Positions 49,960 to 62,375 of a DNA stretch of 64,000 bases are shown in pieces. The DNA comes from Camelus dromedarius (lineage: Eukaryota): the NCBI RefSeq assembly GCF_036321535.1, contig NC_087436.1, forward strand, positions 91,390,001-91,454,000. Reading direction: 5' to 3'. The position numbers were made by a program, and so were the translations under genes. Below the pieces are notes generated by a model, which saw nothing but the letters and a program-made list of their open reading frames with translations, had not been told where the DNA came from and did not search any database. Positions within the stretch are counted from its first letter, which is position 1. Each line of letters begins with the position of its first letter.

Positions 49960-51115
49960 TTTCCTCCTACTCTGCACACTGCTCCTTCTTAGTCTCCTCC
50001 ATTGGCTCTTCCTCTTCTTCTGACACTTAGCTGTCAGCATCTCTCAGAGCTTACTCCTTGTGCTTCTTCTTTTCTTCATCTACACTCACACTTTGGATAA
50101 TTTTATCCACGTCCATGGCCATAAATACCATCCTTATCTTTGATCATCAAATTAATATCGCCAACCTAGATTCTCCCTTGGTGCTAGGCTCCTCTATTTA
50201 ATTGCCTACTTATTGTGGCACATTAATTTTTACATATTCAAAACAGAACTCCTGATCTATATCTCCAAATCACTCCCTTCCCCTAGGTCTTCACCATTGC
50301 TTTTCACGAGTAGCTTAGATCAACAGTGTAGGGTCATGTTTGTTTTCCTTTGTTTTCAAGTCCAATCCATCAACAAGTCCTGCTAAGATACTTCAAAATA
50401 TATCTAGAATCTAATCACTTCTCACTGCCTCCATCACTGCTACTTTGTTCAAGTCGCTATCCTGTCTGCTGAGGGCACTGCAACATCTCCCAAGTGGTTT
50501 CCTTCCTTCCATTCCTTCCCTCTCCCTGTGCCCACCTTCCCCAACACTCTCTCCCTAAAGCCTACTTTTCACATAGTTTTAAAATGTTTATCAGAGCACA
50601 TTAAACTCAAATCTCTCCAATGATTTCTATAGCATTTAGAATAATTGAAAGTCTTCCTCATGGCCTGAAAGATCCTCTGCGATCTGAACCATGACTATTT
50701 GAGTGACTTGGTCTCCTCCAAATCCTCTTGGTTCACTGGCTCCCATACACATTTGACTGTTTCTTGTGCACTGATCCTGCTTTGGAGTCTACTTTTGCTG
50801 TTATTCTGTAGTGTCATCTCTAAGGATCTATGCCTGATTATCCCATCTAAATAGCATAGGAAACATACATACTCTGTCTCTTATTCTGCTCTCTTTGTCT
50901 TCATAGCTCTGAGAAATTCCTTTTTAGGAGGATTGTTTTTTAATTTTATATATTTATTTTTTTACTGTGGATTTGATTACTTGTCTCTGTCCTTCAATAG
51001 AATTTAAGTTCCATAAATACACACCCTTTCTTATTTGCCACTGTGTCTTTGTGTCTAGATCACAGCCTGGCAAATAGTAGATGCTTGAACATTATTTACT
51101 AAATAAATAAGTAAA
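49960..51115 (+). mobile_element. L2 LINE 3' region
   Basis: 'catctacactcac', 'caatccatcaacaagtcctg', 'cacagcctggcaaatagtagatgcttgaacattatttactaaataaataa'. Confidence 0.85.
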
Positions 51116-51634
51116 ATTCCTTTTTTCCGTTTCTCTAAGCCAGCCTCCTCCTGAGTATACAGACATCAACACAAAATTTAATCCCCTCTTGAAAAAAAGG
51201 ATCATTAATCTTTCTTACTTTGAGTCACTGTCACTCCTAAGCCCCTACAGACATATCACCTGAACTTCAGTCTCCTTTTGGTTGTTGACACTGCACCAAA
51301 TATTCAGCACTGAAGTATGATTATATCTCTGAGGAAGGAATTATTTTTAGTCTGAGATTATAGATTCTGATTGAAATATACACTGATACTAGGAAGTGAA
51401 AATCAGAATAATTTTAATAAGGATAACAGTTTCCTAAACATAGCTTTAGTTAAAATAGCGTTTCAAAATGATTGTCCTTTATTATTTTATTTTCTCTTTC
51501 CTCTTATGCTGAACATAGGCTTATGTTTGTCTTCACTGAAGTTATAGAGTGAAGTAAAACAAAGATGGAATTTATTATTATCAGTGGTTTAAGATGAATG
51601 AATTGTTTTTACTTTCTTTTATGCCCATTATCTT

Positions 51635-51839
51635 AAAAAAGTTTTTTTATTGAAATGTAGTTGATTTACAATGTCAGTTTTGGATGCACAGCAAAGTGAT
51701 TCAGTTATACATATACACACATATGTATACACATATTTTCAGATTCTTTTCCATTATAGCTTATTACAGAAAATCAAATATAGTTCCCTGAACTGTATAG
51801 TAGGTCCTTGTTGTTTATCTATAGTGTGTGTCTGTTGAT
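51635..51839 (-). mobile_element. L1 3' end (artiodactyl-type) with TSD
   Basis: 'tattgaaatgtagttgatttacaatg...gcaaagtgattcagttatacat'; TSD ccattatctt (51625-51634) / ccattgtctt (51840-51849). Confidence 0.88.
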
Positions 51840-51984
51840 CCATTGTCTTGTAATATTTAGAATTTGGTTACCTACACGAATACCCAAATGAAGATGGTGT
51901 GAAATACCAAAATGAAAATGATGTGTTTAGTTCAAGTTTGTAGTCCTCAGAGCCTGGTACATTTGACTGTGCTCAATTAATTAT

Positions 51985-54900
51985 TTTTCTTCCAGTTTTA
52001 TTGAGATATAATTGACATATAGAACTATATAAGTTTAATCGGTACAGCATTATAATTTAATTTACATATATGAAATGATTATCACAATAAGCTTAGTGAA
52101 CATCTATCATTTTGTATAGATACAAAATTAAAGAAATAGAAATAGTTTTTTTCTTGTGATGAGAACTCTTAGGGTTTACTCTTTTAATGACTTTCATATA
52201 TAATGTACAGCAGTGTTAATCACATTTATCACATTGTACATTACATACCTAGTACTTGTTTATCTTATAACTGGAAGTCTGTAACTTTTGACTGGCTTCA
52301 TACAATTCCCCCCCAACCCCGTCCTTGCCTCAGGAAATAACAAATCTGATCTCTTTTTTGTAAATGAGTTTGTTGGTGTTTGAAGTATAACTGATCTATA
52401 ACATTATGCTAGTTCCTGGTATATAACATAGTGATTCACCATTTTTATACATTTCAAATTGATCACCACGTTAAGTCTAGTTGTGATATGTCACCATACA
52501 AAGATTTACTTATTGACTATATTCTCCACATTTTACATTTTATACCAATGACTCATTCATTTTGCAACTGGAAGTTTGTTCCTCTAAATCTCCCTCACCT
52601 ATTTCTTTCCTCCCTTCACGCCTCTCCATTCTAACAATAAGCTGTTTGTTCTGTGTAACTCTAACTCTGTTTCTGCTTTGTTATGTTTGGTGATTTCTTT
52701 TGTTCATTTAGATGCCACATGTAAGTAGAATCATACAGTATTTGTCTTTCTCTTCCTAATGTATTTCACTTAGCATTATACACTTTAGGTCCATGTCCTG
52801 TCACAAATGGCAATATTTCATTCTTTTTATGGCTGAGTAGTATTCCATTGAATAATATATACCACATCTTCTTTATTCATTCATCTTTTGATGGACACTT
52901 AGGTTGCCTCCATATCTTGACTACTGTAAATAATACTGCAGTGAAAACAGGGGTGCATATATCTTTTCTAATTGATGTTTGTGTTTTCTTTGGATAAACA
53001 CCCGAGAGCAGAATTGCTGGACTATATGGTAATTCTATTTTTAATTTTAGAGAAATTTCCATACTGTGTCCTACAGAGTGGCAGCACAAAATTACATTCC
53101 CACCAACAATACACAGCAGTCCCCTTTTCTCCACATCCTTGCTAACACTCGTTATATGTTGCCTTTTGGATATTAGCCATCTGACAGGTATGAGGGGATA
53201 TCTCATTGTGGTTTTGATTTACATTTCTTTGCTGATTTAGTGATGCTGAATATCTTTTCATGTGCCCGTTGGTCATCTGCATATCTTTCTTGGAAAAATG
53301 TCTATTCAGATCCTCTGCCCATTTTTTAAATCAGGTTGTTTGGTTTTTTGGTGTTGAGTTGTATGATTTCTTTGCCTATTTTGGATAGTAACCCTTTATT
53401 GGATATATTTGCAAATACCTTCTCCCATTTAGTGTGTGACCTTTTTGTTTTGTTGATAGTTTTCTTCCCTGTGCAAAAGCTTTTTAGTTGGGTGTAATCC
53501 CACTTGTTTATTTTTTCTTTTGTTTCCCTTTCCCTGAGGATACATAGACAAAGAATTTTTATGAAAACTGATGTCAAAAAGTGTAATGCCTATGCTTTTC
53601 TGTGGAAGTTTTAGGGTTTCATGTCTTATGTTTAACATTTTAATCCATTTTTAATTTATTGCTGTGCTTCATGTGAGCGGGCATTCTAATTTGATCCTTT
53701 TGCATGTAGCTGTCCAGTTTTCTCAACATCATTTATTGAAAAGGATGTCTTTTCTTTGTTGCATATTCTTGCCTCCTGGGTCATAGATTAATTGCTCATA
53801 TAAGTGTGGATTCATTTCTAGGCCCACTATTCTCTTCCCTTAATCTTTGTGTCTGTTTTTGTGCCAGTACCATTCCATTTTGATTATTGAAGCTTTGTAG
53901 TATAGTTTGAAATCAGGGAGTATGATCACTCCAGTTTTGTTCTTCTTTCTCAAAATGACTTTGGCTATTTGGGGTCTTTTGTGTTTCCCTACAAACTTTT
54001 AGAATCATTTGTTCTAGTTCTGTGAGGAATGTCAGAGATATTTTGATAGAGATTGCATGGAATCTGTAGTTTGCCTTGGGTAGTTTGGTCATTTTAACAA
54101 TATTAATTCTTTGATGAACATAGTATATCTGTTCCTCTCTTTGTATTGTCTTTAATTCCTTTCATCAGTGTCTTACAGTTTTCTGAGTAAAGGCCCATGA
54201 CCTCCTTGGTTAGATTAATTCCTAGGCAGTTTATTCATTTTGATACAATTGTAAATGGGGTTGTTTTCTTAATTTTTCTTTCTGAGAGTTCATTGTTAGT
54301 GTATAGAAGTGCAACAGATTTATGTTCCTTAATTTTGTATCCTGCAACCTTATTGAATTCATTGATGAACTCCAGTAGTTATTTGTTGATATCTTTAGGA
54401 TTTTCTAAGTGTAGTATGATGCATCTGCAGTTTTACTTCTTCCTTTCCAATTTAGATGTTTTAAATTTATTTCTCTTCTCTGATTGCTGGGGCTAAGACT
54501 GCCAATAGTATGTTGAATAAAAGTAGTGAGAGTGGACATCTTTGTCCTTTTCCCAATCTTAGTGTAAAAGCTTTCTACTTTTCACTGTTGAGTATAATGT
54601 TAGCTATGGGTTTATCATATAGGACCACAATATATTGATGTATGTTCCCTCTGTGCCCACTTTGTCGAGGGTTTTGATCATAAATGGATGCTGAATTTTG
54701 TCTAAAGCGTTTTATGCATCTATGGAAGTGATCATATAATTTTTATTCTTCAATTTGTTAACATGATGTATCACATTGATTCATTTGTGGATATTGAAAC
54801 TTACTGGCATTCCTGGGATAAATCCCGTTTTTTCATGATATAAGATGCTTTTAATGTTGTGTTGAATTTGCTTTGTTCATATTTTGTTAAGGATTTCTGC

Positions 54901-56100
54901 AACTATGTTCATCAGGGATATTGGCCTATAATTTTCTCTTTTGCAGTTTTTTTTTTACCTTTGTTTTGGTATCAAGATAATGCTGACCTCATAAAATGAG
55001 TTGGGAAGCATTTCTACAATTTTTGGAATAATTTGAGAAGGATAGGTGTTAACTCTTCCCTAAATGTTTGGTAGAACTCACCTGGGAAGCCATCTGGCCT
55101 TGGACTTTTGTTTGTTGGAATTTTTTAATGTTATTGATTGTATCTCATTACTGGTAATTAGTCTTATTCATATTGTCTGTTTCTTCCTGTTTCAGTATTG
55201 GGAGATTGTACATTTCTGGGAATTTTTCCATTTTTTCTAGGTTGTCTGGTTTATTAACATAAAATTGTTCAAAGTAATCTCTTATGATTCTTTGTATCTC
55301 TTTGATGTCAACTGTAACTTCTCTTTCTTCATTTCTGGTTTTATTGATTTGTGATATCTCTCTTTTCTGTGATGAGTCTGGCTAAAGTTTTATCAATTTT
55401 GTTTATGTTTTCAAAGAACCAGCTCATAGTTTCATTGATCTTTTATTTTTTTCAAGCCTCTATTTTATTCATTCCTCCTGTGATATTTATGATTTTTCTC
55501 CTTCTATTAACCTTGGGTTATGTTTCTTCTTTTTTTAGTTACTTTAGAATAAGTTAAGTTGTTTATTTGAAAATTTTCTTTTTTCTTCATGTAGGCTTGT
55601 ATCACTATAAACTTTCCTTTTAGAACTGCTTTTACTGCTTTTTTAAAATTTTCATTTGTCTATAGATATTTTTAAATTTCTTCTTTGATGTTTCAGTGAT
55701 CTATTTGTAATTTAGTAGCATATTGTTTAGACTCCAAGTGTTTGTGAACTTTTGCAGTTTTTTCCTTTGGTTTATTTCTAGTTTCATAGTGTTGTGTTTG
55801 CAAAATATGGTAGCTATAATATCATTCTTCTTAAACTAACTGAGACATCTTGTTTTGTAGCCTAGTATGTGATCTATCCTGGAGAATGTTCCCTGAGCTC
55901 TTGAAAATATGTATATTCTGCTTTCTACTTTTGGATGGAATATTTGATCTGATGTGTTATTTGAGGTCAGTCTTTTCTTATTGATTTTCTGTCTGGATGA
56001 TCTGTCCATTAATGCAAATGGGGTGATGTAGTGCCCTACTATTATCATGTTACTGATAATTTCTCCTTTTATGTATGGTAATATTGTTTTATGTATTTAT
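51985..56100 (-). mobile_element. L1 (L1MA9-like), ~4.1 kb: decayed ORF2 from endonuclease region to 3' UTR
   Basis: ORF 55836-56048 (MDRSSRQKINK..GTFSRIDHILG, endonuclease domain); ORFs 53326-53638 and 52877-53206 (KINKWDY..LKSFCT; KDICTP..WRQPKCPS). Confidence 0.95.
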
Positions 56101-56479
56101 TACAATATTTTTGCACCTAATAATGTTTTTAAATTAAATTAATTTGGCATTAATTGATGGAATTTTAAGCATTATTAAATATTTGTTACAATCCCATTAT
56201 GTTTATGACAGAAGCTATTTATTTGAAAGTTACTTTTTATTATTCACTTTCCATTGAATGAATCACTTTTATAATGATATAGATTTGTGCTCAAAGGACT
56301 TTGGACATTCGGTTTCTCTTTGACAGTTTATCATTCTGTCAAGTATCTTCTTGCCAATGAGCAGTTAAATACATGAAAATTAACATGATTTTATTATAGT
56401 TGAAAAATAATTTCTATCATTTCTATAACATTTTTACATTTACAAAGAATAATCACAAACATTATTTAACTTGTTCTTG

Positions 56480-56640
56480 ACAGTACCACTTAGGAACCAG
56501 TGATTTTCTCTCCAAATAATTTCTAAAGGAACAGTCTCTTATGAACTAAGCAATTTCCCCAAGGTTACGCAGTTAAAGAGAGGCAGAATCAAAAGTTTAA
56601 GTTCAGTTCAACTAATTTCAAATCCCAAAGTTTCTTTTTG
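56480..56640 (-). mobile_element. MIR fragment
   Basis: 'taagcaatttccccaaggttacgcagttaaagagaggcagaatcaaaa'. Confidence 0.6.
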
Positions 56641-58599
56641 CAACATTTTGGAGACATTTTATTAACCACTTTATTTTTTTCCTTCCTAGTTGTCTTCTGC
56701 TCTGATCAGACTTTCATGGATTTTCAATCTTTTAAATTAATTTTTAAAATTTTCAGTATGATTAAAATTAAGCTCTCCATCAAACTCCTGATTATGGGAG
56801 AATATAGTTGGAAAACAAGTGCCTTAGAGAATTAATAATTTTCTCTGCAGAAAGGCCTGACTGGAAGTATGAGTAAAAAGCCCAACATGTAGATTTGCAT
56901 CTGATTATAAACTTTTCTGACAGATGCCTAACCGGGTTCACCCTTAGACTAAATAAAACATATGATACTTCTATTCATCCTAGTAGTACTTTATTATTTC
57001 TAAGATATGATGGCTTTGGTAATTTATCCCCCTATAAATCAGAAGGAAACAAGAAATAAAAAAATTAAAGCATTTCACAGACATTAATGGAAGCTCCTAT
57101 TCATATATTTTTTAAATGGCTGAGATAGGTTATAAAGCAGTTTCTCCCATCAAACAGCAACATGTGAAAGCAGGTTCCTTGACATATTTGAACTTTAATC
57201 AGAGGAATTAATTAGAAATTGCTCACTGTAATAACTTACTTCTAGCAATTTAGAATGTGTCATATATCAACAGAAACAGATTAAGTGAAGGGCAATGGAG
57301 ATAAATTATGTTCATAAAATGTTCATAATATTAGTAAAGGAGTAATGCTTATTTTAAGTACAGATGTAAAAGCAAAACTCTAATTATGACTTAACTTTTT
57401 CACAAGTTGTAAGTACTGAGCCTCCACAATCTTTAAATAATTTTCCAGTTAATGCTTCAATACACTAATTGGATTGTTTGAAGGTTTTTAAGGCACAAGA
57501 TTCTTAGAACATGACAGGCATGATCCTGAAGGCCAGAGGAGACTTCTCCATGAATCCACACAATTGGTTCTCAATGTTTTGCCTGAATGACTGAATGATA
57601 GGAAATATTGTCTGTTATTTATAATCCCAGAAGCCTTTCTTAGGATAGAGCACTCCACAAGACTCTTTGCTGAGTGGTATGATGTGTGTGGGCCACAGCT
57701 GCAACTACACTGCATAACAAATGAGAAAAACTACCAGTAGCTTGGGAGGGGAAGTTATGAGAGAAATGACAGCAGGGGCTCTTCAGAAAAGAAACATCAG
57801 ATGAGACTGTATGTGTGTATGTTAATACTCCTCTATGGTTTCCTCTAGAAAATCGTCAGTAAAATGTGAATTGTTCTCTGTCACACTATGGCATGGCCAG
57901 GGATCTTGCACTGAAATTACAAAGAAACTTCATGCTTTAGTAAGAATAAGAGTAAAGAAATGTGTAATTTTGGCAGGATAAGAATTTCCTTCTATGGAAA
58001 CAGCACGACCCTTTGAATGCTGACATGCTCCAGCACCCTAGTTTAAAGTGGCATAAAATTCCTGTTTTTTACTGACCCGACCAATTCCTCCTTCTGTGCC
58101 ACATACTGAGCCCATCCAATTACTGGTGTGTCTCCCTGATGAACATTAAGAGGCACTGAGGGACTGTGTGCACTCTTTTTATTCTTAACTGTAGAGACTT
58201 TGAATTGCTTTTCACAAAGTAAAAGTAATGAGTCAAATCCAAGTCATCTCTCTCCAGGATTGTCAAAACTGAACCTGCCTTTGTGGCCTGGCCTACTTTA
58301 CCCTTAAATTGGACATTCTCTGGGGAATTATTAACACGTATGTCTGCTTCAGTTTTAACACAGGTGGGTAAAAACAGAGGATACAGCTGAACTATGGGAA
58401 AGAACTAAGGAAGACCTTATTTACTGAATTGCTATAAAGTAAGCTACAGAAAAACAGAGAAGAGTATGTTTAACTCTGTCCCGTCTGATAGACACATACA
58501 AAAAAAAAATAAAGATGAAGAAGAAGAAGGTGGAGGAGAAAAAAGTGTGGGGTAAGAGGAAAAGAGGAGGAAAGGGGGATTGAAAAATTAGTGGTGTTT

Positions 58600-59120
58600 A
58601 AACTTTTAAATATCATTGGGATCCATTTCAGACTTACTCTATGTTGCATCACCTATAGGCTAATGACTTCCACATTTTGTCTACTACTGAACTCCCTCTC
58701 ATGAATTCTAGACTCACATATCCATCTGCCTACTCTGCATCTCCTGGGCGTGTCTGCCTGACATCTCATACTTACCAGTCCAACACTAAACTCTGGTTAT
58801 TTTCTCCCCAGTCATGCATGCCTGTTATGCGTTCCCCAACCACTCAGATGTCCAAACAGTGCAAAGTGAATCATTGTGTTGACACAGACAGATATTGTAT
58901 GCTTTTGTGTGCTTCCCTTACTTTACCTGCTCTTTTTTCTTTTTATTCTTCTTTCCACTATCCTTACATTTCATTGAGAAATCTATTGGCCTAAAAGAGT
59001 AAATGATGCCAGTGGAATATAAACTATCTGAGGTCAGGGATTTGGTTTGCTTTGTTCTCTGCTTTATTTCTAATACCTAGAATAGCGACTGAGTGCTCAA
59101 TCATCATTAATTGAACGTGG
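58600..59120 (+). mobile_element. L2 fragments
   Basis: 'ctaatgacttccacatt...ctagactcacatatccatctgcctact'; 3' end 'atacctagaatagcg...gtgctcaat'. Confidence 0.75.
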
Positions 59121-59336
59121 AATATCAGTTGAATCCAGGTATTTTTATGATTAGGTTTACAAATTATATTCTGTTGCCATTGGGTGAGGACTGGATGACT
59201 ATGTAAATTTTCTTAGATGTCCTAAGTTTTGCGTATTTTCATTGAAAAACATTTAAAATTCAAAGTAGTGTTATGAATATAAGTATTACATATTTTGATT
59301 TCTGACTTTGTCAACTACTACAAAATTTTGTGTTTG

Positions 59337-60069
59337 CTTTTATGTTTTTATTGAAGTATACAATATTGTTGAGGTTACAACAGGTTTATAATATAGTTAT
59401 CTACAATTTATAGTTATTATAAATATTTGCTGTATTTAAAAAAAATTCAATTTGTTTAAACTGGAAAAAAAAAAAAACACAGTTCACCCATTTATCCCAC
59501 TTACCCTCCTCTGGCAACCATCAATCTGTTCTCTATGTCTTCCGATTGGAGAATTTAGCATATTTACATTTGAAGTGGTTATCCGTATGTAGCAGCTTAT
59601 TGCTATTTTGTCAATCGTTTTCTGAATGTTTTTATAGCTTCTCTCCATTCCTTTCTTCCTCTCTTGTTCTCTTCCTTTGTGGTTTGATGACTCTTTAATG
59701 ATGTGCTCATATTTTCTTTTGTGAATTTACCACAGGCTTTTGATCTGGGTTACCGTAGGCTTACCTATAACAACTTATAACAGTCATTTTCAGTTGATGA
59801 CAACTTAAGTTTGGTTCCATTATAAAGCTCAATATTATTACTCCCCCATCCAACATTTTATGTTTTAAGTGCCACATTTTGCACCTTTTTATCTTGTGTG
59901 TTCCTTAACTATTGTAATCATTATTTTACTGCTTTTGCCTTTTAACCGCATACTAGCTTCTAAGTGATCAGTCCACTACTTTTGTTATATATTTACCTTT
60001 CCAGTGAGACTTATTCTTACATATGTGTTCTTGTTACTAATCAGCACCCTTATTTTTCAGCTTAAAGAA
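59337..60069 (-). mobile_element. L1 with 3' UTR joined directly to inter-ORF/ORF1-end sequence
   Basis: 3' UTR 'ctctggcaaccatcaatctgttctctatgtct', then 'gattggagaatttagcatatttacatttgaagt...tttttcagcttaaagaa'. Confidence 0.75.
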
Positions 60070-61494
60070 AAGACTTCTTCATTAAAATATTATCCAAAAA
60101 TCATGTCAATACACTTTCTAGGAGAAAATGAAGCATAGAAAATAGGTTGAAAGAAATTTCATAGGTTTTTAAGATAGGAACACTGAGATGTTACCTTTTA
60201 TTAATGAATTTTAAAGTCACTAGCAAAGCAAAAATAAATAAATATTAATTTAGTTGTTCATCATTTCCATTTTTTTCAATATAAGACAGAAAAGTTAACA
60301 TTTTAAATAACTGTGGCCCTGAATACTGGGGAACTAAGTTCATAAAGGTCTGTAGCTAACCTGGTAAAAGGAAGTAAACCCAGGGAGAGTGATGGTCTTA
60401 GGGCAAGAATCAGTTGGGATATTAGGTTTGTTTTGGATCCAAAAAGTCCTGAGGATTTCTCTGTACAGCACAGGAGTAGAAGAGTAGATTGCAATTCCAG
60501 TGGAAAGTTAGACCCAGTGAGTTTTCCTGTGATTCACGATTATTTTATTTTGGGAACATATCTGAGTAAGAAGTAAATTCCAGTTTCACTGCCTCAATCC
60601 ATTCTGAACTTGATTTATACAAGAAGGCAATTTTCATTTTCACTTGGACTACCCACACAAAGCTTTTTACGGTAATCAAATATTTGTTGATAGTTGAAAA
60701 TCAAAACTGAATTTTCTTGTGATCTTTGAACATGTGAAAAATGAAGAAAAAGTCATTTTTATATTATTCCTTAATCACTGTCTCTATTTTTGTTAGCTTT
60801 TATTCACATGTAAGTTATAAGTGCAAAGAAATGATTATTAAATAGTTCTGTAAAGTTTATTCAAATTAGGAATAAAAATAGAATTCAACCTTCCTATTTC
60901 ATCCATACTTTCCAAAGGCAATCATTTTCAACTCATGTAGGACTAAACACCCTTCACGTCTTGACTTCCCAGTTGCAGGATTTATCAGATTTCCACCATG
61001 AAAGACAGGGGAGAGTTTAGCCTGATTTTACCACCACTGCTCACCACTAATAGTGCAGCTCTCATACTTCTGTTCTTTTTGTATAGTTAAGTTATAATTT
61101 TATCAGATTAAGGCTTACTGTTTACAGAGATATTACTATGTTGAAGCTAGAAAGAGTTTATCTATGTAATACAACATAATTATTTCCTCTAACAACTTGT
61201 TGGCCCTGGTATTATTTTTCTTGTTTTTTTTTTTTTTTTTTTGTGTGTGTATAGTTTTAAAATCTTTATCACTAATTCATCTACAAACTATCTTCCCTCT
61301 CATGCAATACAATGATAAGCTTCAGACAGTCTACCAGTTCTGTCTTCCCTCTGGAATGCCCTGAACTGTGCCGTTTAGACTAGTTGTTCTCCAGGAATGC
61401 TGCATGGAACTTACCCTCAATTCTCATCACAATCAACCAAGGAATTCTCCTCCACTCTCTCTGCAGTTAGATCAGCTATTTCCTATCTCTCACC

Positions 61495-62375
61495 TAGAGG
61501 ATATACGTAAGTTTGGCTGCCAGCTTAGGGAGTTTTTAAGCTAAATATCTGAGGACAATTGTAGATGGGGGTAGTTGGGTGTGCGGCTGACTCAGCCTTT
61601 GGTCTATAGCTAAGTTTTCATTAAATCCTATTAGACTTCAATCTTCAGTTCTTGACTGTGCTGTCTCTAGTACTGAGATTTTTTTACCTTGCTTTGCAGA
61701 AAGGGAATGAGATCTGGGGGTCCAGCTGCTTCTCCCTTTGCTTTTTTCCTCTCTCTTATTCAGACTGTTGTGGAAAAATGTGTTACAGCTCAGTAGTGAC
61801 AGCAACCTGGATCCCGGCAAGAGAACAAGCAGCACTCAAAGAGTTGGAGAACTCAGGTTTATTACGCCAGTGGGGCCAGAGGAGTTAACACTACAAGCTC
61901 TGGACCCTGTCTGTAGGTTTACATTGGCTTTTATAGGCTGCCAGTTTACACTTTGCAACATCATATGCAAATGAAGTATAACAGAAGTTGACCAACTAGG
62001 AACAATCTTTGTAGAAACAGACCAACCAGGAGTGAGAGAAATAACCAATCAGGAGTGAGGGGAATGGACCAATCAGGAGTGAGAGAAATAACCAATCAGG
62101 CATGAGCTCCATGCAAATGAAGTACTACAAATGGACCAATCAGAAGTTAGGGAAGTGGACCAATTAGAAGTGAGAGTAATAACCAATAATGAGTGAAGGA
62201 AATAACCAGTCAGAAGTGAGCTCAGGGAACTAATAGAATTTTAGGGGTAAGTAAGCCCTTTCAGAGGCAAAAAGTGAGATAGAGCCTCTGGGCCAGGGAA
62301 CTGGATGGTGCTAGCAGGAGGGTAGTGGCCCTGCTTGGGGGTCCTACTGGTCTTTTTATGGGGCTTCCCACCTCA
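61495..62375 (-). mobile_element. ERV1-type LTR with tandem CCAAT array (left boundary either ~61495 or 61781)
   Basis: Minus strand starts TGAGGTGGG at 62375; ~23-24-bp tandem units at 61990-62220; TATAAAA at 61929-61935; AATAAA at 61858-61863; 'gagctgtaaca' ending at 61781. Confidence 0.85.
61929..62220 (-). promoter_or_regulatory. Putative LTR U3 promoter/enhancer (6 CCAAT, 2 octamer, TATA)
   Basis: CCAAT at 62045, 62069, 62092, 62136, 62160, 62183; ATGCAAAT at 61965 and 62111; TATA at 61929-61935 (minus). Confidence 0.6.

Noticed and set aside
52877..56048. L1 ORF2-derived ORFs as functional CDS
   Set aside because: Fragmented by many stops and frameshifts; no ORF1 or promoter
61990..62220. 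Regularly spaced repeats superficially like a CRISPR array
   Set aside because: Mammalian DNA; tandem degenerate units with no unique spacers or cas genes; this is an LTR U3 array
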